Shown here piece by piece: positions 39,749 through 49,644 of a stretch of 62,867 nucleotides of DNA. Numbering within the stretch: position 1 is the stretch's first letter; each line of letters opens with the position of its first letter. Both the position numbers and the translations under genes were made by a program. The stretch is taken from NCBI GenBank assembly GCA_046538635.1, contig JBKHIN010000001.1, positions 1 to 62,867 on the forward strand, in the 5' to 3' direction. The notes beneath the pieces were generated by a model, which did no database searches, was not told where the DNA came from, and saw only the letters and a list, made by a program, of their open reading frames with translations. The stretch is from Alphaproteobacteria bacterium (GTDB taxonomy: Bacteria; Pseudomonadota; Alphaproteobacteria; JAJFIK01).

Positions 39749-40805
39749 CGGCGGCCTGCGTCTTCGCCCCTTTGCCTCCGGGCGCGGGGGGCGCGGTTTC
39801 GGCGGGGCCGGCCTCAAAGGCGTTGTAGGCACGCACGATGCGGCTGACCAACGGATGGCGCACGACGTCCTTCTCGGTGAACCGGGTGAACGCCACGCCC
39901 TCTACGCGCTTCAGAATGAGCTGCGCCTGGGCCAGCCCGGATATCTGATTGGGCGGCAGATCAATCTGGCTCGGATCCCCGGTAACCACCATGCGCGAGT
40001 GTTCACCCAGCCGCGTAAGAAACATCTTCATCTGCACCGGCGTGGCGTTCTGCCCCTCGTCCAGGATCACGAAAGCATTGCTCAGGGTACGGCCGCGCAT
40101 GAAGGCCAGCGGCGCCACCTCGATGTCGCCGGAGTCGAGCCGGCGCATCACCTTGTCTCCGGGCAGCGTGTCGAACAGTGCGTCATAGAGCGGGCGCAGA
40201 TAGGGATCCACCTTCTCGCGCATGTCGCCGGGCAGGAAGCCCAGCCGCTCGCCCGCCTCCACCGCCGGGCGCGACAGAATCAGGCGCTCCACCTCGCCCG
40301 CCGCCATCAGCGACACCCCGTAGGCCACGGCCAGATAGGTCTTGCCCGTGCCCGCCGGTCCGAGGCCGAACACGAGCTGGTGGCGGGCCAGCGCCTCCAG
40401 ATAGCGGGCCTGGCCGGGAGAACGCGGCGAGATGATGCGCTTGGGCGTGTGAATCTGCAGATTTGCGGGCGCCGCCGTGATGGAATGAGCGCCGGCCTTG
40501 ACCAGCCGAAGCGCGCCGTCCACGTCGCCCGAGCGAACCGGCAGCCCCTCTTTCAGCCGGTCATAAAGATTGCGCAGCACGGCCGCGGCCTGCTCACACG
40601 CTTCTGCCGTGCCCTCCGCCAGCACCCGATGGCCGCGCGGCGTCAGCGAAACATCGAGTTCATTTTCGATACGGGCCAGGTTGCGGTCCTGCTGCCCGAA
40701 CAGTTCGGCAAGCAGGCGATTGTCGTCGAAATCGAGCAGACGCGCATTTTGCGGTTCCGAACTTCCGCGCCGGGCACGGCCTGCGGCGGTCTTGCGGTTG
40801 CTCAC
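39741..40805 (-). CDS. phoH: PhoH-like ATPase (YbeZ)
   Basis: Walker [13 protein letters not shown] and PhoH-like C-terminus. I chose the GTG at 40805: it has GGAGG 4 nt upstream and a GTGA overlap with the miaB stop. An alternative ATG lies at 40823. Confidence 0.9.
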   Translation of the reverse strand: MSNRKTAAGRARRGSSEPQNARLLDFDDNRLLAELFGQQDRNLARIENELDVSLTPRGHRVLAEGTAEACEQAAAVLRNLYDRLKEGLPVRSGDVDGALRLVKAGAHSITAAPANLQIHTPKRIISPRSPGQARYLEALARHQLVFGLGPAGTGKTYLAVAYGVSLMAAGEVERLILSRPAVEAGERLGFLPGDMREKVDPYLRPLYDALFDTLPGDKVMRRLDSGDIEVAPLAFMRGRTLSNAFVILDEGQNATPVQMKMFLTRLGEHSRMVVTGDPSQIDLPPNQISGLAQAQLILKRVEGVAFTRFTEKDVVRHPLVSRIVRAYNAFEAGPAETAPPAPGGKGAKTQAADD

Positions 40806-42166
40806 ACAGCCTCCAGGGAACATTCGGCGAGACGGCCCGCAAGGCTGTTGGATTCGGCGCCTGTAACGTCCACCTCGGCGATCCGCCCCATGAGCGTTTC
40901 AGGCGCGTCCACATGGACCGGCTGCAGATAGGGGCTGCGGCCCGCAAGCTGACCGGCGTGGCGGCCGGGTTTTTCAAGCAGCACCGGCAGGCGCTTTCCC
41001 ACCATCGACCGGTGGAATGCACGCGCCTGAGCGTTGAGCAGGTCCTGCAACGCGTCGAGCCGGGCGGCCTTCACCTCTTCGGGAACCGGGTTCGCCATCG
41101 AAGCCCCCGGCGTGCCCGGGCGTGGCGAATATTTGAACGAGAAGGACTGCGCATAACCCACCTCGCGCACGAGGTTCAACGTGTCCTCGAAATCGCGGTC
41201 GCTTTCCCCCGGAAAGCCGACGATGAAATCCGAAGACAGGGCGATGTCGGGGCGCGCGGTCCGGATGCGCTCCACGAGACGGAGATATTCGTCGCGGTTG
41301 TGACGCCGGTTCATGGCGGCGAGCACGCGGTCCGCCCCCGACTGCACGGGAAGGTGCAGATAGGGCATGAGTTCGGGCACCTCGGCATGCGCGGCGATGA
41401 GCTCATCGTCCATGTCGCGGGGATGGCTGGTCGTGTAACGCAGCCTTTCCAGCCCGGGCAGATGCGAAAGCTCCCGGCACAGCCGTCCCAGCCCCCAGAC
41501 GCCGCCGTTCGGGGCCTCGCCGTGATACGCGTTGACGTTCTGGCCGAGGAGGGTGATCTCCCGCGCGCCGGCGGCCACCAGACGCCTCGCCTCCTCGAGC
41601 ACCGCCGAAGCGGGCCGGGAATATTCCGCACCGCGCGTGTAGGGAACGACGCAAAATGTGCAGAACTTGTCGCACCCTTCCTGAATGGTGAGAAAGGCCG
41701 TGGGGCCGGAAACCGAAACGGCTTCCGGCAGATGATCGAACTTGTCCTCGACCGGAAAGTCCGTATCCAGAACATGGCCCGCACCTCTCGCAATGCGGGC
41801 GACCATTTCCGGCAGCCGGTGATAGGATTGCGGACCCACCACCATGTCGACGGCGGGCGCCCGGCGCATGATCTCCGCACCCTCGGCCTGGGCCACGCAT
41901 CCGGCCACCGCAACGATCATGCGGCCGCCGCGCTCCGCCTTGCGTTCCTTGGCGCGGCGGATCCGGCCCAGTTCCGAATAGACCTTTTCGGCCGCCTTTT
42001 CCCGGATGTGACATGTGTTGAGAATGACCATGTCCGCATCGTCCGCATCCTCCGCGGGGCCGTATCCGAGCGGCGCCAGGACATCGGCCATGCGGCCGGA
42101 GTCATAGACATTCATCTGGCAGCCATAGGTCTTGATAAACAGTTTCCTGGTCACGCCTTCCAACAT
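40802..42166 (-). CDS. miaB: tRNA-i6A37 methylthiotransferase
   Basis: 454 aa with KTYGCQMN (UPF0004 domain), the radical-SAM [11 protein letters not shown] motif and a TRAM domain. Confidence 0.95.
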   Translation of the reverse strand: MLEGVTRKLFIKTYGCQMNVYDSGRMADVLAPLGYGPAEDADDADMVILNTCHIREKAAEKVYSELGRIRRAKERKAERGGRMIVAVAGCVAQAEGAEIMRRAPAVDMVVGPQSYHRLPEMVARIARGAGHVLDTDFPVEDKFDHLPEAVSVSGPTAFLTIQEGCDKFCTFCVVPYTRGAEYSRPASAVLEEARRLVAAGAREITLLGQNVNAYHGEAPNGGVWGLGRLCRELSHLPGLERLRYTTSHPRDMDDELIAAHAEVPELMPYLHLPVQSGADRVLAAMNRRHNRDEYLRLVERIRTARPDIALSSDFIVGFPGESDRDFEDTLNLVREVGYAQSFSFKYSPRPGTPGASMANPVPEEVKAARLDALQDLLNAQARAFHRSMVGKRLPVLLEKPGRHAGQLAGRSPYLQPVHVDAPETLMGRIAEVDVTGAESNSLAGRLAECSLEAV

Positions 42167-42361
42167 CTCAAGGTGGGTCGCGGTCCATCTTCCCGGCGCG
42201 GTCCGCGACGTTCACCGCGCCAATATACGGACAAGCGGTTATCGCGAAATATCGGCGCAGCCGCAAGGGCAGCCCCGCGGTTCGCGGCGCATCGGCATCG
42301 CAACTTCACCATGCGTCCAATCAATTCCGTTCGTGCGCCGGTCCTGTCCCGCATCGCAAAT

Positions 42362-43237
42362 CTATTGGGCCGGAACGGCGGCGGGCGCGTCAGTGGGCTT
42401 CTCTTCGACCGCTTTGGGTATGGGCGGAGGCATGCCGTCCCGTCCGGCCAGCGAATGGCCGAGCCCCGACGAGACCACCCGCCAGCAATAGTCCGCCAGT
42501 TTCTTGCGCGAACCCAGCTCTTCGAGCGTCACCGGAGGGTGCACGATGATGTCCACGTCAAACGGTCCCTGTACGAACGACTTGAAAACATGCGATCCGA
42601 AAGGCATGTCGCCGTACCAGGTGAACCAGGGGCGGTACTGGCGCCCCATGGGCAGGCCGTGCACGCGTGTATAAGCAACGGAAACGGGCTGCACCAGAAT
42701 GGGCTCCCGCTTCTCGGCATCCTCCTTGTTCCATTGCGCGGCGGCCATCAGCGCGCTCTTGAACGGCAGGACGGTGTTACCGTCGTGGCTCGTGCCCTCG
42801 GGAAAGAGCACCAGGGTTTCATTGTTCGCCAGCCGCCGCTGAATCTCGTTGCGCTGTTCGGCGGCCTTGCTGCGCCGCTCGCGCTCTACGAATACCGTGT
42901 TCTGCGCCTTGGCCATCAGCCCGACCCCCGGCCAGGAGGCCACTTCGCTCTTGGCGACGAAGGAAAGTTCCGTAATCGTGGCCAGGACGGGGATGTCGAA
43001 ATAAGAGGAATGGTTCGCCACCATCAGCACAGGCCGTCCCTTGACGACTTCGCCGCGCACCCGGATCCGGATGCCCAGATACCGGCACAGCACGCGGTGG
43101 AAGACCATCGGAAGCCAGTAGCGCGCCCGCAGCTTCAGCACATGCAAAAGGTACTGAAAGGGCAAACAGCTCAGCGTGTAGATGACGAAGCCGGTGAGGA
43201 TGAGCGTCGCCCTGACCCGGCCGAGGAATTCCGCCAT
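42362..43237 (-). CDS. Lysophospholipid (1-acyl-glycerol-3-phosphate-type) acyltransferase, PlsC family
   Basis: 291 aa with an N-terminal TM segment, HX4D motif NHSSYFD and FPEGT motif. Confidence 0.85.
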   Translation of the reverse strand: MAEFLGRVRATLILTGFVIYTLSCLPFQYLLHVLKLRARYWLPMVFHRVLCRYLGIRIRVRGEVVKGRPVLMVANHSSYFDIPVLATITELSFVAKSEVASWPGVGLMAKAQNTVFVERERRSKAAEQRNEIQRRLANNETLVLFPEGTSHDGNTVLPFKSALMAAAQWNKEDAEKREPILVQPVSVAYTRVHGLPMGRQYRPWFTWYGDMPFGSHVFKSFVQGPFDVDIIVHPPVTLEELGSRKKLADYCWRVVSSGLGHSLAGRDGMPPPIPKAVEEKPTDAPAAVPAQ

Positions 43238-43266
43238 GACCTCCCGCCTAGTTCCCCGTCGCGGGA

Positions 43267-43692
43267 TCAGGTCTCGCCGCCATCCCGCCGTTTGAGCGGC
43301 ACACCGTAAAGTTCCAGACGGTGATCCACAAGCTTGTAGCCAAGTTCGCGGGCAACCGCCTCCTGAAGCTTCTCGATTTCCTCATTGTGGAATTCCAGCA
43401 CCTTGCCTGTTTGCAGATCGATCAGGTGATCGTGGTGCTCCTCGGTGACTTCTTCGTAGCGCGCCCGGCCGTCACGGAAATCATGCCGCTCGATAATTCC
43501 GGCCTCCTCGAACAGGCGGACGGTCCGGTAAACCGTCGCAATGGAAATACGCGGGTCGAATTCGGCGGCTCGGCGGTGGACCTCCTCCACATCCGGATGG
43601 TCGTCGGAGACCGACAGCACATGGGCGATCACGCGGCGCTGCTCGGTCATTCGCATTCCCTTGTCCAGACAGAGCTTCTCGAGACGATCCAT
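43267..43692 (-). CDS. fur: Fur-family metalloregulator (Fur/Mur type)
   Basis: 141 aa with MTEQRRVI, SIATVYRTVRLF and HHDHLIDL motifs. Lacks the Cys pairs, as in alphaproteobacterial Fur/Mur. Confidence 0.88.
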   Translation of the reverse strand: MDRLEKLCLDKGMRMTEQRRVIAHVLSVSDDHPDVEEVHRRAAEFDPRISIATVYRTVRLFEEAGIIERHDFRDGRARYEEVTEEHHDHLIDLQTGKVLEFHNEEIEKLQEAVARELGYKLVDHRLELYGVPLKRRDGGET

Positions 43693-43709
43693 GACGCTTT
43701 CCCGCGTAA

Positions 43710-43733
43710 TTCAGAATCATTCTAAAATGATTT
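43710..43733. promoter_or_regulatory. Irr-box (ICE)-like / Fur-box-like palindrome upstream of fur
   Basis: TTCAGAA-TCA-TTCTAAA (43710-43726) matches the ICE consensus TTTAGAA-N3-TTCTAAA at 13 of 14 specified positions. The adjacent AAATGATTT is a second small palindrome. The site lies 18-41 nt upstream of the fur ATG. Confidence 0.55.
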
Positions 43734-43763
43734 CGCCAATATGTAAGCCTCCGCAGTATCCGG

Positions 43764-44243
43764 TCAACGGCCCCGCGGAAGCGCCAGAGGGCAGCTCAGA
43801 ATGAGGCCGTCTGCGGGCGCGCTCCCGGATCCCCGCCGGTAATAGCCGGGACGCCGTCCCGTGTGAACAAACCCCGCCGAGCGGTAAAGCGCAAGCGCAA
43901 CAGCATTGTCCGCGGCCACCTCCAGATGGAGCCTCTTTACGCCGCAGCGGACAAGCGCGTCGCACCCGCGGGCCAGAAGCCGTCCCGCGACCCCGCGCCC
44001 CCGGCAGGCCGGCGCCACGCCCAACGTCAGAATTTCCGCTTCATCGGCCACATGTTCGAAAAGCGCAAAGCCCGCCGGGCCGTTATCCTTCGGCCCGGCC
44101 GCCAACAACCCAAGAGCGCCGGAGCGGGCAAGCAGGCGGACGAACACCGCCGCGTCCCACGGTGAGTCAAAACACAGGGCGTGTAGCGCCGCGAAGTGTT
44201 CCGCATCCGCTGCACCGGCGCGGCGGCACACCGTGGCTGTCAT
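43764..44243 (-). CDS. rimI: Ribosomal-protein-alanine N-acetyltransferase (GNAT)
   Basis: 159-aa GNAT fold with RGRGVAGRLL acetyl-CoA motif. ATGA overlap with the tsaB stop; tsaB-rimI synteny. Confidence 0.85.
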   Translation of the reverse strand: MTATVCRRAGAADAEHFAALHALCFDSPWDAAVFVRLLARSGALGLLAAGPKDNGPAGFALFEHVADEAEILTLGVAPACRGRGVAGRLLARGCDALVRCGVKRLHLEVAADNAVALALYRSAGFVHTGRRPGYYRRGSGSAPADGLILSCPLALPRGR

Positions 44244-44929
44244 CGGACCACGGCTCCCGGGGCCGCCGGAACGGCGTCCGGCGGACGCAGATAGAGGGGG
44301 GCGGGAGGCGATTCGCGAGGCTTGAGCCCGGCGCCCAGGCGCGCCACCACGGCCGCATCGGGCAGCGAATTTCCCTGCGCGAGGCTGACGCCGCCGGGCC
44401 AGAAGCGAAAGGCCTCGAGAGCCGGTTTCGCGCCGGTGCCGATCAGGAGAAGCGGCTGGTCATCGGGTCCGGCTTCGGCGAAGCGCAGCGCGGCTACCTC
44501 CGCCGTTGCCGCGAAGGGGTCCGTCAACCCCGCGCCGCCCGCTGTGAACAGCTGTCCATAAAACCCGCCGCGCCTTGCGTCGACCAGCACCCCGATTATT
44601 GCGGAAGCCGGAACCTCTTCCGCAGCGGCCGCAATGGCCTGAAGCGTGGTGACGCCCACGCCCGGACACCGGGCGGCAAGCGCGATTCCGCGTGCCGCGG
44701 CGAGACCGGCGCGCGTGCCGGTGAAACTGCCCGGACCCGTGGTCACCGCAATCCGGTCAACGTTTTTGAGGCCGAGTCCGGCCTCCGCGCAAACCTCGCC
44801 GAGCATGGGAAACAGGCGCTCGGCGTGGCCGCGGGTCATGGGCTCGAAACGGCGGGCCAGCAGCCTGTCGTCATGAACCAGCGCGGCAGAGCAGGCGGCG
44901 AGCGCCGTATCGATTCCCAGCACGATCAT
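44240..44929 (-). CDS. tsaB: tRNA threonylcarbamoyladenosine biosynthesis protein TsaB
   Basis: 229 aa: MIVLGIDTALAACSAAL..., GPGSFTGTR. Confidence 0.9.
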   Translation of the reverse strand: MIVLGIDTALAACSAALVHDDRLLARRFEPMTRGHAERLFPMLGEVCAEAGLGLKNVDRIAVTTGPGSFTGTRAGLAAARGIALAARCPGVGVTTLQAIAAAAEEVPASAIIGVLVDARRGGFYGQLFTAGGAGLTDPFAATAEVAALRFAEAGPDDQPLLLIGTGAKPALEAFRFWPGGVSLAQGNSLPDAAVVARLGAGLKPRESPPAPLYLRPPDAVPAAPGAVVR

Positions 44930-44941
44930 GCAGCCATCTGC

Positions 44942-45565
44942 CTACAGAATTTCGCAGGCTTCCTCAAAGTCGAGGCGGGGGCTGCGCGGGAACAGCTGGC
45001 TCGCATCGCCATAGCCGATATTGCACAGGAAGTTGGACTTCACGCGCCCGCCGGGGAAGAACTCCCTGTCCACCCCCTTGTTGTCGAACCCGGACATGGG
45101 CCCGCAATCGAGCCCCAGCGCGCGGGCCGCAATGATGAAATAACCGCCCTGAAGCGTGCCGTTCCGGAACGCCGTCTCCTCGGCGAACGCTTCATTGGAA
45201 TCGAACCAGCTCTTGGCGTCCGGATTGTGAGGAAAGAGCTGGGGGATATTTTCATAGAACTTCACATCGTAGGCGATGATCGCCGTGACCGGCGCCTTCA
45301 TGGTCTTTTCGACATTTCCCTCGATCAGGTGGGGGCGAAGCCGTTCCTTCGCTTCGCGGGACCTCAGGAACAGAAAGCGCGCCGGACTGCAATTGGCGCT
45401 GGTGGGACCCATTTTCATCAGGTCGTAAACCGCCCGGACGAGGCTGTCCGGAACATCCCGGTCCCGCCAGACGGAATGCGTCCGGGCGTTGCGGAAGATC
45501 AGGTCCAGCCCTTCGGCGGACAGCGTTTCGGATGCGGATTCGCTGGTTGGCCTCGGCTCGCTCAT
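44942..45565 (-). CDS. Nitroreductase-family protein (RutE-like malonic semialdehyde reductase)
   Basis: 207 aa from the ATG at 45565. RutE-like pattern: [25 protein letters not shown] and GFD. Confidence 0.78.
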   Translation of the reverse strand: MSEPRPTSESASETLSAEGLDLIFRNARTHSVWRDRDVPDSLVRAVYDLMKMGPTSANCSPARFLFLRSREAKERLRPHLIEGNVEKTMKAPVTAIIAYDVKFYENIPQLFPHNPDAKSWFDSNEAFAEETAFRNGTLQGGYFIIAARALGLDCGPMSGFDNKGVDREFFPGGRVKSNFLCNIGYGDASQLFPRSPRLDFEEACEIL

Positions 45566-45645
45566 GATGTCGCTCGCTCGGTTGAATGTCCCTCCCCGGG
45601 CGCAGTTTCGCCCGGATGGCCGCGCGCCGGCCGGTTCGGGAATGA

Positions 45646-46200
45646 TCAGAGAATCGGCTCGACCGTCTCCACCTCCGGCACATAGTGGCGCAGCATGTTC
45701 TCGATGCCTTGTTTGAGCGTCATGGTCGAGGCCGGACACCCGGCGCAGGCGCCGCGCATATGGAGATAGACCGTCCCCTCCCTGAAACTGTGGAAGGCGA
45801 TGTCGCCGCCATCCTGGGCAACGGCGGGGCGGATGCGTGTGTCCAGCAATTCCTTGATCTGGGTCACAACTTCGTCATTGTCCGATTCACCCTCTTCGGG
45901 CGCCGCCGCGTCCGAGCCCTTGTCGAACAGGGGCGCCCCGGAGGTGAAATGCTCCATGATGGCGCCCAGCACGGGCGGCTTGAGATGCTGCCATTCGCCC
46001 GCGCCCTTGGTGACGGCAATGAAATCGGCGCCGAAGAACACGCCCTCTACCCCGTCGATCTCGAACAGCCTCCGGGCCAGCGGCGAGACGGCCGCCTCCT
46101 CCGCCGTACGGAAATCCGCAACTCCGTCGGCCATGACCTCACCGCCGGGAATGAACTTGAGCGACGCCGGATTGGGCGTCGATTCGGTCTGGATAAACAT
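45646..46200 (-). CDS. NifU/Nfu-type Fe-S cluster assembly protein
   Basis: 184 aa from the ATG at 46200 ([16 protein letters not shown], the Nfu_N domain). C-terminal NifU domain with CAGCPAS. Confidence 0.88.
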   Translation of the reverse strand: MFIQTESTPNPASLKFIPGGEVMADGVADFRTAEEAAVSPLARRLFEIDGVEGVFFGADFIAVTKGAGEWQHLKPPVLGAIMEHFTSGAPLFDKGSDAAAPEEGESDNDEVVTQIKELLDTRIRPAVAQDGGDIAFHSFREGTVYLHMRGACAGCPASTMTLKQGIENMLRHYVPEVETVEPIL

Positions 46201-46368
46201 GATCCCTCGCTTTCGCTCCGGTCCGGAAAATATGATGCCCTTTTTCGGGCCGAGGCGGGCTGCATGGGCAACCTCTCGAATATTCCTGCCGGGTACATAT
46301 ATGGGATGCGCCTGCGCGGCAATGTACCCATAGAAGCCCAGCGAACCATCAGGGACCGGGATCAGGGG

Positions 46369-47625
46369 ATGGCGGAAATCGGACTCCAGCATGTGGTGTC
46401 GGGGATGCGGGCGGTGCCGGGCGAAACTCCGGCAGCGCCGTTCCGGTCCTGGTCGCGCAGCCGCATCGCCTCATGGCTGGCGGACCATGAAGGCGTGGCC
46501 AGCAGCGCGGGCGCGCTGGTCGAAGGATTGTGCGCGCTCCTGCAGGAGCACGGCGTACCCCTGTGGCGCGTCAGTCTGGCGCTGCGGGATTCCCACCCCC
46601 AAATCGCGGCGAGAGGCATTGCCTGGTACCGCGGCCGGGGCATCGAGGAACAGGATTTTCTCGTTAACGACGCCAACGGAGAGATCTATGACGCCAGCCC
46701 GGTGAAGGTGATCCACGACGGCGCGGCGGCGGTGCGCCGGCGTTTGTGCGATGAGGGCTGCCCCATGGACTTCCCCGTGCTGCACGAACTCAGGGCGGAG
46801 GGCGCCACGGACTATCTGGCCATGGCGCTGCCCTTTTCCGACGGTTCGCGCCATTTCATCTCCTGGACCACGGACCGCGAAGGCGGTTTCACCCCGGAAC
46901 AGCTCGAGCATCTCGTGGATCTGATGCCGCTGATCGGGCTCAGGCTCGAACTCGATCATGCGCGGCTGACCACCCGCACCCTGCTCACCACCTATCTGGG
47001 CCCGGAAGCGGCCGGGCGTGTCGCGAAGGGCACGATTCGCCGGTTCGACTACGAAATGATCAACGCGGTCATCCTGTTCAGCGACCTGCGCGGTTTTACG
47101 GAAATGGCAGATACACTGCCGCCCAGCACGGTCGTCCGGGTATTGAGCGATTATTACGAGACCGTGGCGGAGCCGGTCCGGTATTTCGGCGGCGACATCA
47201 TCAAGATGATCGGCGACGGCGTGCTGGCGATTTTTCCGCTGAGCGCCGACGCGCCCAGGGAGCGGATCGACCGCACGGCCTGTGGCGCGGCGGCCGCGGT
47301 GCGGCGCGCCATGACCGCCCTCGACGCCGTTCTCATCGAGGATTTGCCGGCGCGCATGCGAACGCTCAGGGCGGGCTTCGCGCTTCATGCGGGCGAGGTG
47401 TTCTTCGGCAATATCGGTTCCACCGACCGCCTGGACTTTACCGTTGTCGGACCGGCCGTGAACGAAGCGGTGCGTGCGGAAGCGCTGTGCAAGGAACTGG
47501 GTGTTTCGGTCATCACCACGCAGGCCTTCGCCGGGCTCGAATGCACGGTGGGCCTGCGTTCCCTCGGCCGGCATTGTCTGCGCGGCGTCCGCGAGCCCAA
47601 GGAACTGTTCACACTGGACGGATGA
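46369..47625 (+). CDS. Class III adenylate/guanylate cyclase with an N-terminal sensor-like domain of about 190 aa
   Basis: The C-terminal catalytic domain has VILFSDLRGFTEM, GGDIIKMIGDGVLAIF, HAGEVFFGNIGS and FTVVGPAVNEA. The start is uncertain: ATG at 46369, with alternatives GTG 46393/46396 and ATG 46405. Confidence 0.85.
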   Translation: MAEIGLQHVVSGMRAVPGETPAAPFRSWSRSRIASWLADHEGVASSAGALVEGLCALLQEHGVPLWRVSLALRDSHPQIAARGIAWYRGRGIEEQDFLVNDANGEIYDASPVKVIHDGAAAVRRRLCDEGCPMDFPVLHELRAEGATDYLAMALPFSDGSRHFISWTTDREGGFTPEQLEHLVDLMPLIGLRLELDHARLTTRTLLTTYLGPEAAGRVAKGTIRRFDYEMINAVILFSDLRGFTEMADTLPPSTVVRVLSDYYETVAEPVRYFGGDIIKMIGDGVLAIFPLSADAPRERIDRTACGAAAAVRRAMTALDAVLIEDLPARMRTLRAGFALHAGEVFFGNIGSTDRLDFTVVGPAVNEAVRAEALCKELGVSVITTQAFAGLECTVGLRSLGRHCLRGVREPKELFTLDG

Positions 47626-47660
47626 GGCGGCGCTGCGGCCTGCGCATCAACGCGCCGCCT
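47625..47660. terminator. Hairpin spanning the convergent cyclase and methyltransferase gene ends
   Basis: 9-bp stem AGGCGGCGC/GCGCCGCCT with an 18-nt loop. It overlaps the cyclase stop codon and the last codons of the methyltransferase. There is no clear T-tract. Confidence 0.35.
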
Positions 47661-48609
47661 TCAGGACCCATGCGCCGGGCTCCGCGTCCGGCCCAAGGCC
47701 GAGTTTTTGCGGCTCATCGACGCTCAGGCCGGCGCTGATCAGGGAACGGCGAATGTCGCCGATGGCGGCTTCATCGAGCGCGGCTTGGGACATGGCCCGC
47801 ATCCGCCCGGCATAGGCGGTCACCTCGCCGCTCATGAGATCGATCCATTCGAAAACCTGCCTGGGAACGAACTTGCGCCGCTGGTTGTACATGTAGCCCA
47901 CGTCCTGGAACAGCCGCGCGGGCGTGCCGCTGGCCGCCTGAGCGCCCTTTGTTTCGATCAGCCTGCGCATGGTCGCAGCGGCTTCCGTGAGCGCCCTGTG
48001 CGCCTCCTGAGCGGCCTGCGCCGATCCGTCTCCGCGGTCCAATGCGAACAGGGCGTCGAATGCGGATTTCGCCAGGGGAAGGAACCGGCAGCCGAGAACG
48101 GTTTCGACCGTATCCAGATTATCGAGACATTCCCGGTGGATGGGCCCGCTGCCGAGATGGCAGATCGCGCACAGGACGCCATTCGCCGCGGTCAGACGGG
48201 CAGCTTCGACGAAGGCTGCGGGACCGGCATATTCCAGGCCGAACTGGCTGGCGACCACATCGAAGGCCCCGCCGGCGAAGGGTGCTGCGCCGGCATCCGA
48301 AGCGACAGCCCCGACCTGCGGCATGCGCCGCCGCAAATCCGTTACGGCGTCCCCGGAATAGTCCAGACAGAAAAGCTGGATACCGGAGTCCGCCCTTTCG
48401 GCCACATCGGCTGCGACCGTCGAAACGGCGCCGGAACCGCATGCCATGTCCAGCACACGGTTCCGTTCGGGATCGGCCAGTGCCTGCGCAAGATACTCCG
48501 CCCAGAATATACGCAGGGAGTCGCCGTTCTTCGTGAACTGGCCGAACACAGGCACATTGCCGGCGCGGCGCCAATAGAGATTCCAGTCCCGCCTGTGCGC
48601 TTGCGCCAT
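47647..48609 (-). CDS. Class I SAM-dependent methyltransferase with a helical C-terminal extension
   Basis: 320 aa. Motif I VLDMACGSG and post-I/II DVVASQFGLEY. No recognisable substrate-specific family. Confidence 0.75.
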   Translation of the reverse strand: MAQAHRRDWNLYWRRAGNVPVFGQFTKNGDSLRIFWAEYLAQALADPERNRVLDMACGSGAVSTVAADVAERADSGIQLFCLDYSGDAVTDLRRRMPQVGAVASDAGAAPFAGGAFDVVASQFGLEYAGPAAFVEAARLTAANGVLCAICHLGSGPIHRECLDNLDTVETVLGCRFLPLAKSAFDALFALDRGDGSAQAAQEAHRALTEAAATMRRLIETKGAQAASGTPARLFQDVGYMYNQRRKFVPRQVFEWIDLMSGEVTAYAGRMRAMSQAALDEAAIGDIRRSLISAGLSVDEPQKLGLGPDAEPGAWVLKAAR

Positions 48610-48702
48610 CTCCCCGACCTCGCCCGCAGCCCCTGCCGATGAGCCGGACCATAACGCGCGCTGCGGACAACCGCGAGTCCGGCGGCCGGAAGCCGAGATC
48701 CC

Positions 48703-49014
48703 CTACTCCCCGTCGTCCCGCCAGAAGCGGCGCTGCCTGAGGCGGGTCTGGCGCTGAATGAGCACGAAGAACAGCACGCTGACCGCGAGCGACACCATCG
48801 CCAGCCCGCCCGCCACATCGGCGAGCACGCCCGGAGTGAGGTGAGCGCGCGCGAGCCCAAAGGGCAGCAGAAATTTCATGGGCACGCCGAGCACGTAATT
48901 CATGAAATCGACGGCAGCCTGCGCCATGACGGCAAAGCCGAACACGCTCAGGAACCCGAACGCCAGCGAGGCGCCGATGCGCCGTCCGAGACCGGGAACG
49001 CCGCCGTCCGTCAT
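48703..49014 (-). CDS. Small three-TM membrane protein, hypothetical
   Basis: 103 aa with three hydrophobic helices and a basic C-terminal tail. The start overlaps the usp stop by 4 nt (ATGA). Confidence 0.6.
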   Translation of the reverse strand: MTDGGVPGLGRRIGASLAFGFLSVFGFAVMAQAAVDFMNYVLGVPMKFLLPFGLARAHLTPGVLADVAGGLAMVSLAVSVLFFVLIQRQTRLRQRRFWRDDGE

Positions 49015-49532
49015 GCCAGCTCCTCGATGTCCGCCGGCGTCAGATTGCCGGGCACGATGGTCACGGGGATCGGAAAGGCGCAGTTCGCCGCTGCAGTCAC
49101 CAGCGGCCCCGGCCCCTCCTTGTGGCTGGAGGCGCCCAGCACCATGATGCGAATGTCCGGGTCTTCCTCGATCAGTTCGGTGACAGCCTCCTGCGCGGTG
49201 CCTTCCTTGATCACCAGTTCCGGAAACAGACTGCTGAGCCGGTTGACCTCCCCCGCCAGATCGTGAAGCGCGGATTCCGCATCCTGGCGCGCTTCCTCGC
49301 GCATCAATTCGCCCACGGTCATCCAGTGCTGGAAGTCGGCCGGGCTCAGCACGCTGAGCAGGGTTACCCGCGCATTGGTGGCGAGCGCCCGGCGGCTCGC
49401 GAAATGCACCGCCAGACGGGCCTCCGGCGACGTGTCGGCAACCACCAGAAATTTGCGAAAGTTGGAGCGGCCCCGGGCGGAACCGGCCACGTCCTTATTC
49501 GATCCGGCGTCTGGAGTAGCCTTGGTTGTCAT
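49011..49532 (-). CDS. Universal stress protein (UspA family)
   Basis: 173 aa with the USP fold pattern KFLVVADTSPEA...LLSV...IMVLGA...G..GP...VTIVPG. Confidence 0.8.
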   Translation of the reverse strand: MTTKATPDAGSNKDVAGSARGRSNFRKFLVVADTSPEARLAVHFASRRALATNARVTLLSVLSPADFQHWMTVGELMREEARQDAESALHDLAGEVNRLSSLFPELVIKEGTAQEAVTELIEEDPDIRIMVLGASSHKEGPGPLVTAAANCAFPIPVTIVPGNLTPADIEELA

Positions 49533-49644
49533 CGGTCCATGCTGCCAGCGCCCTGCCGCCGCGGCAAGGGCGTGTGTCCTGTTCGCGCATCAAGCGAAAT
49601 TCCGCCCCTGCCCCGGCAAACGCAAGGGAAAATGCCGCCGGCGA

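Noticed and set aside
46278-46285. GAATATTC palindrome upstream of the nifU-like gene as a possible ICE/Irr site
   Set aside because: The half-site spacing is wrong for ICE (AGAA-N3-TTCT is required) and only 8 nt are palindromic. It is most likely just AT-rich promoter sequence.
45685-46368. N-terminal 228 codons of the 646-aa ORF that ends as the cyclase
   Set aside because: This part runs antisense to the nifU-like gene and through the divergent intergenic region. The cyclase-family sequence only begins near 46369-46405. The long ORF is an artefact of an open frame, not a fusion or a pseudogene.
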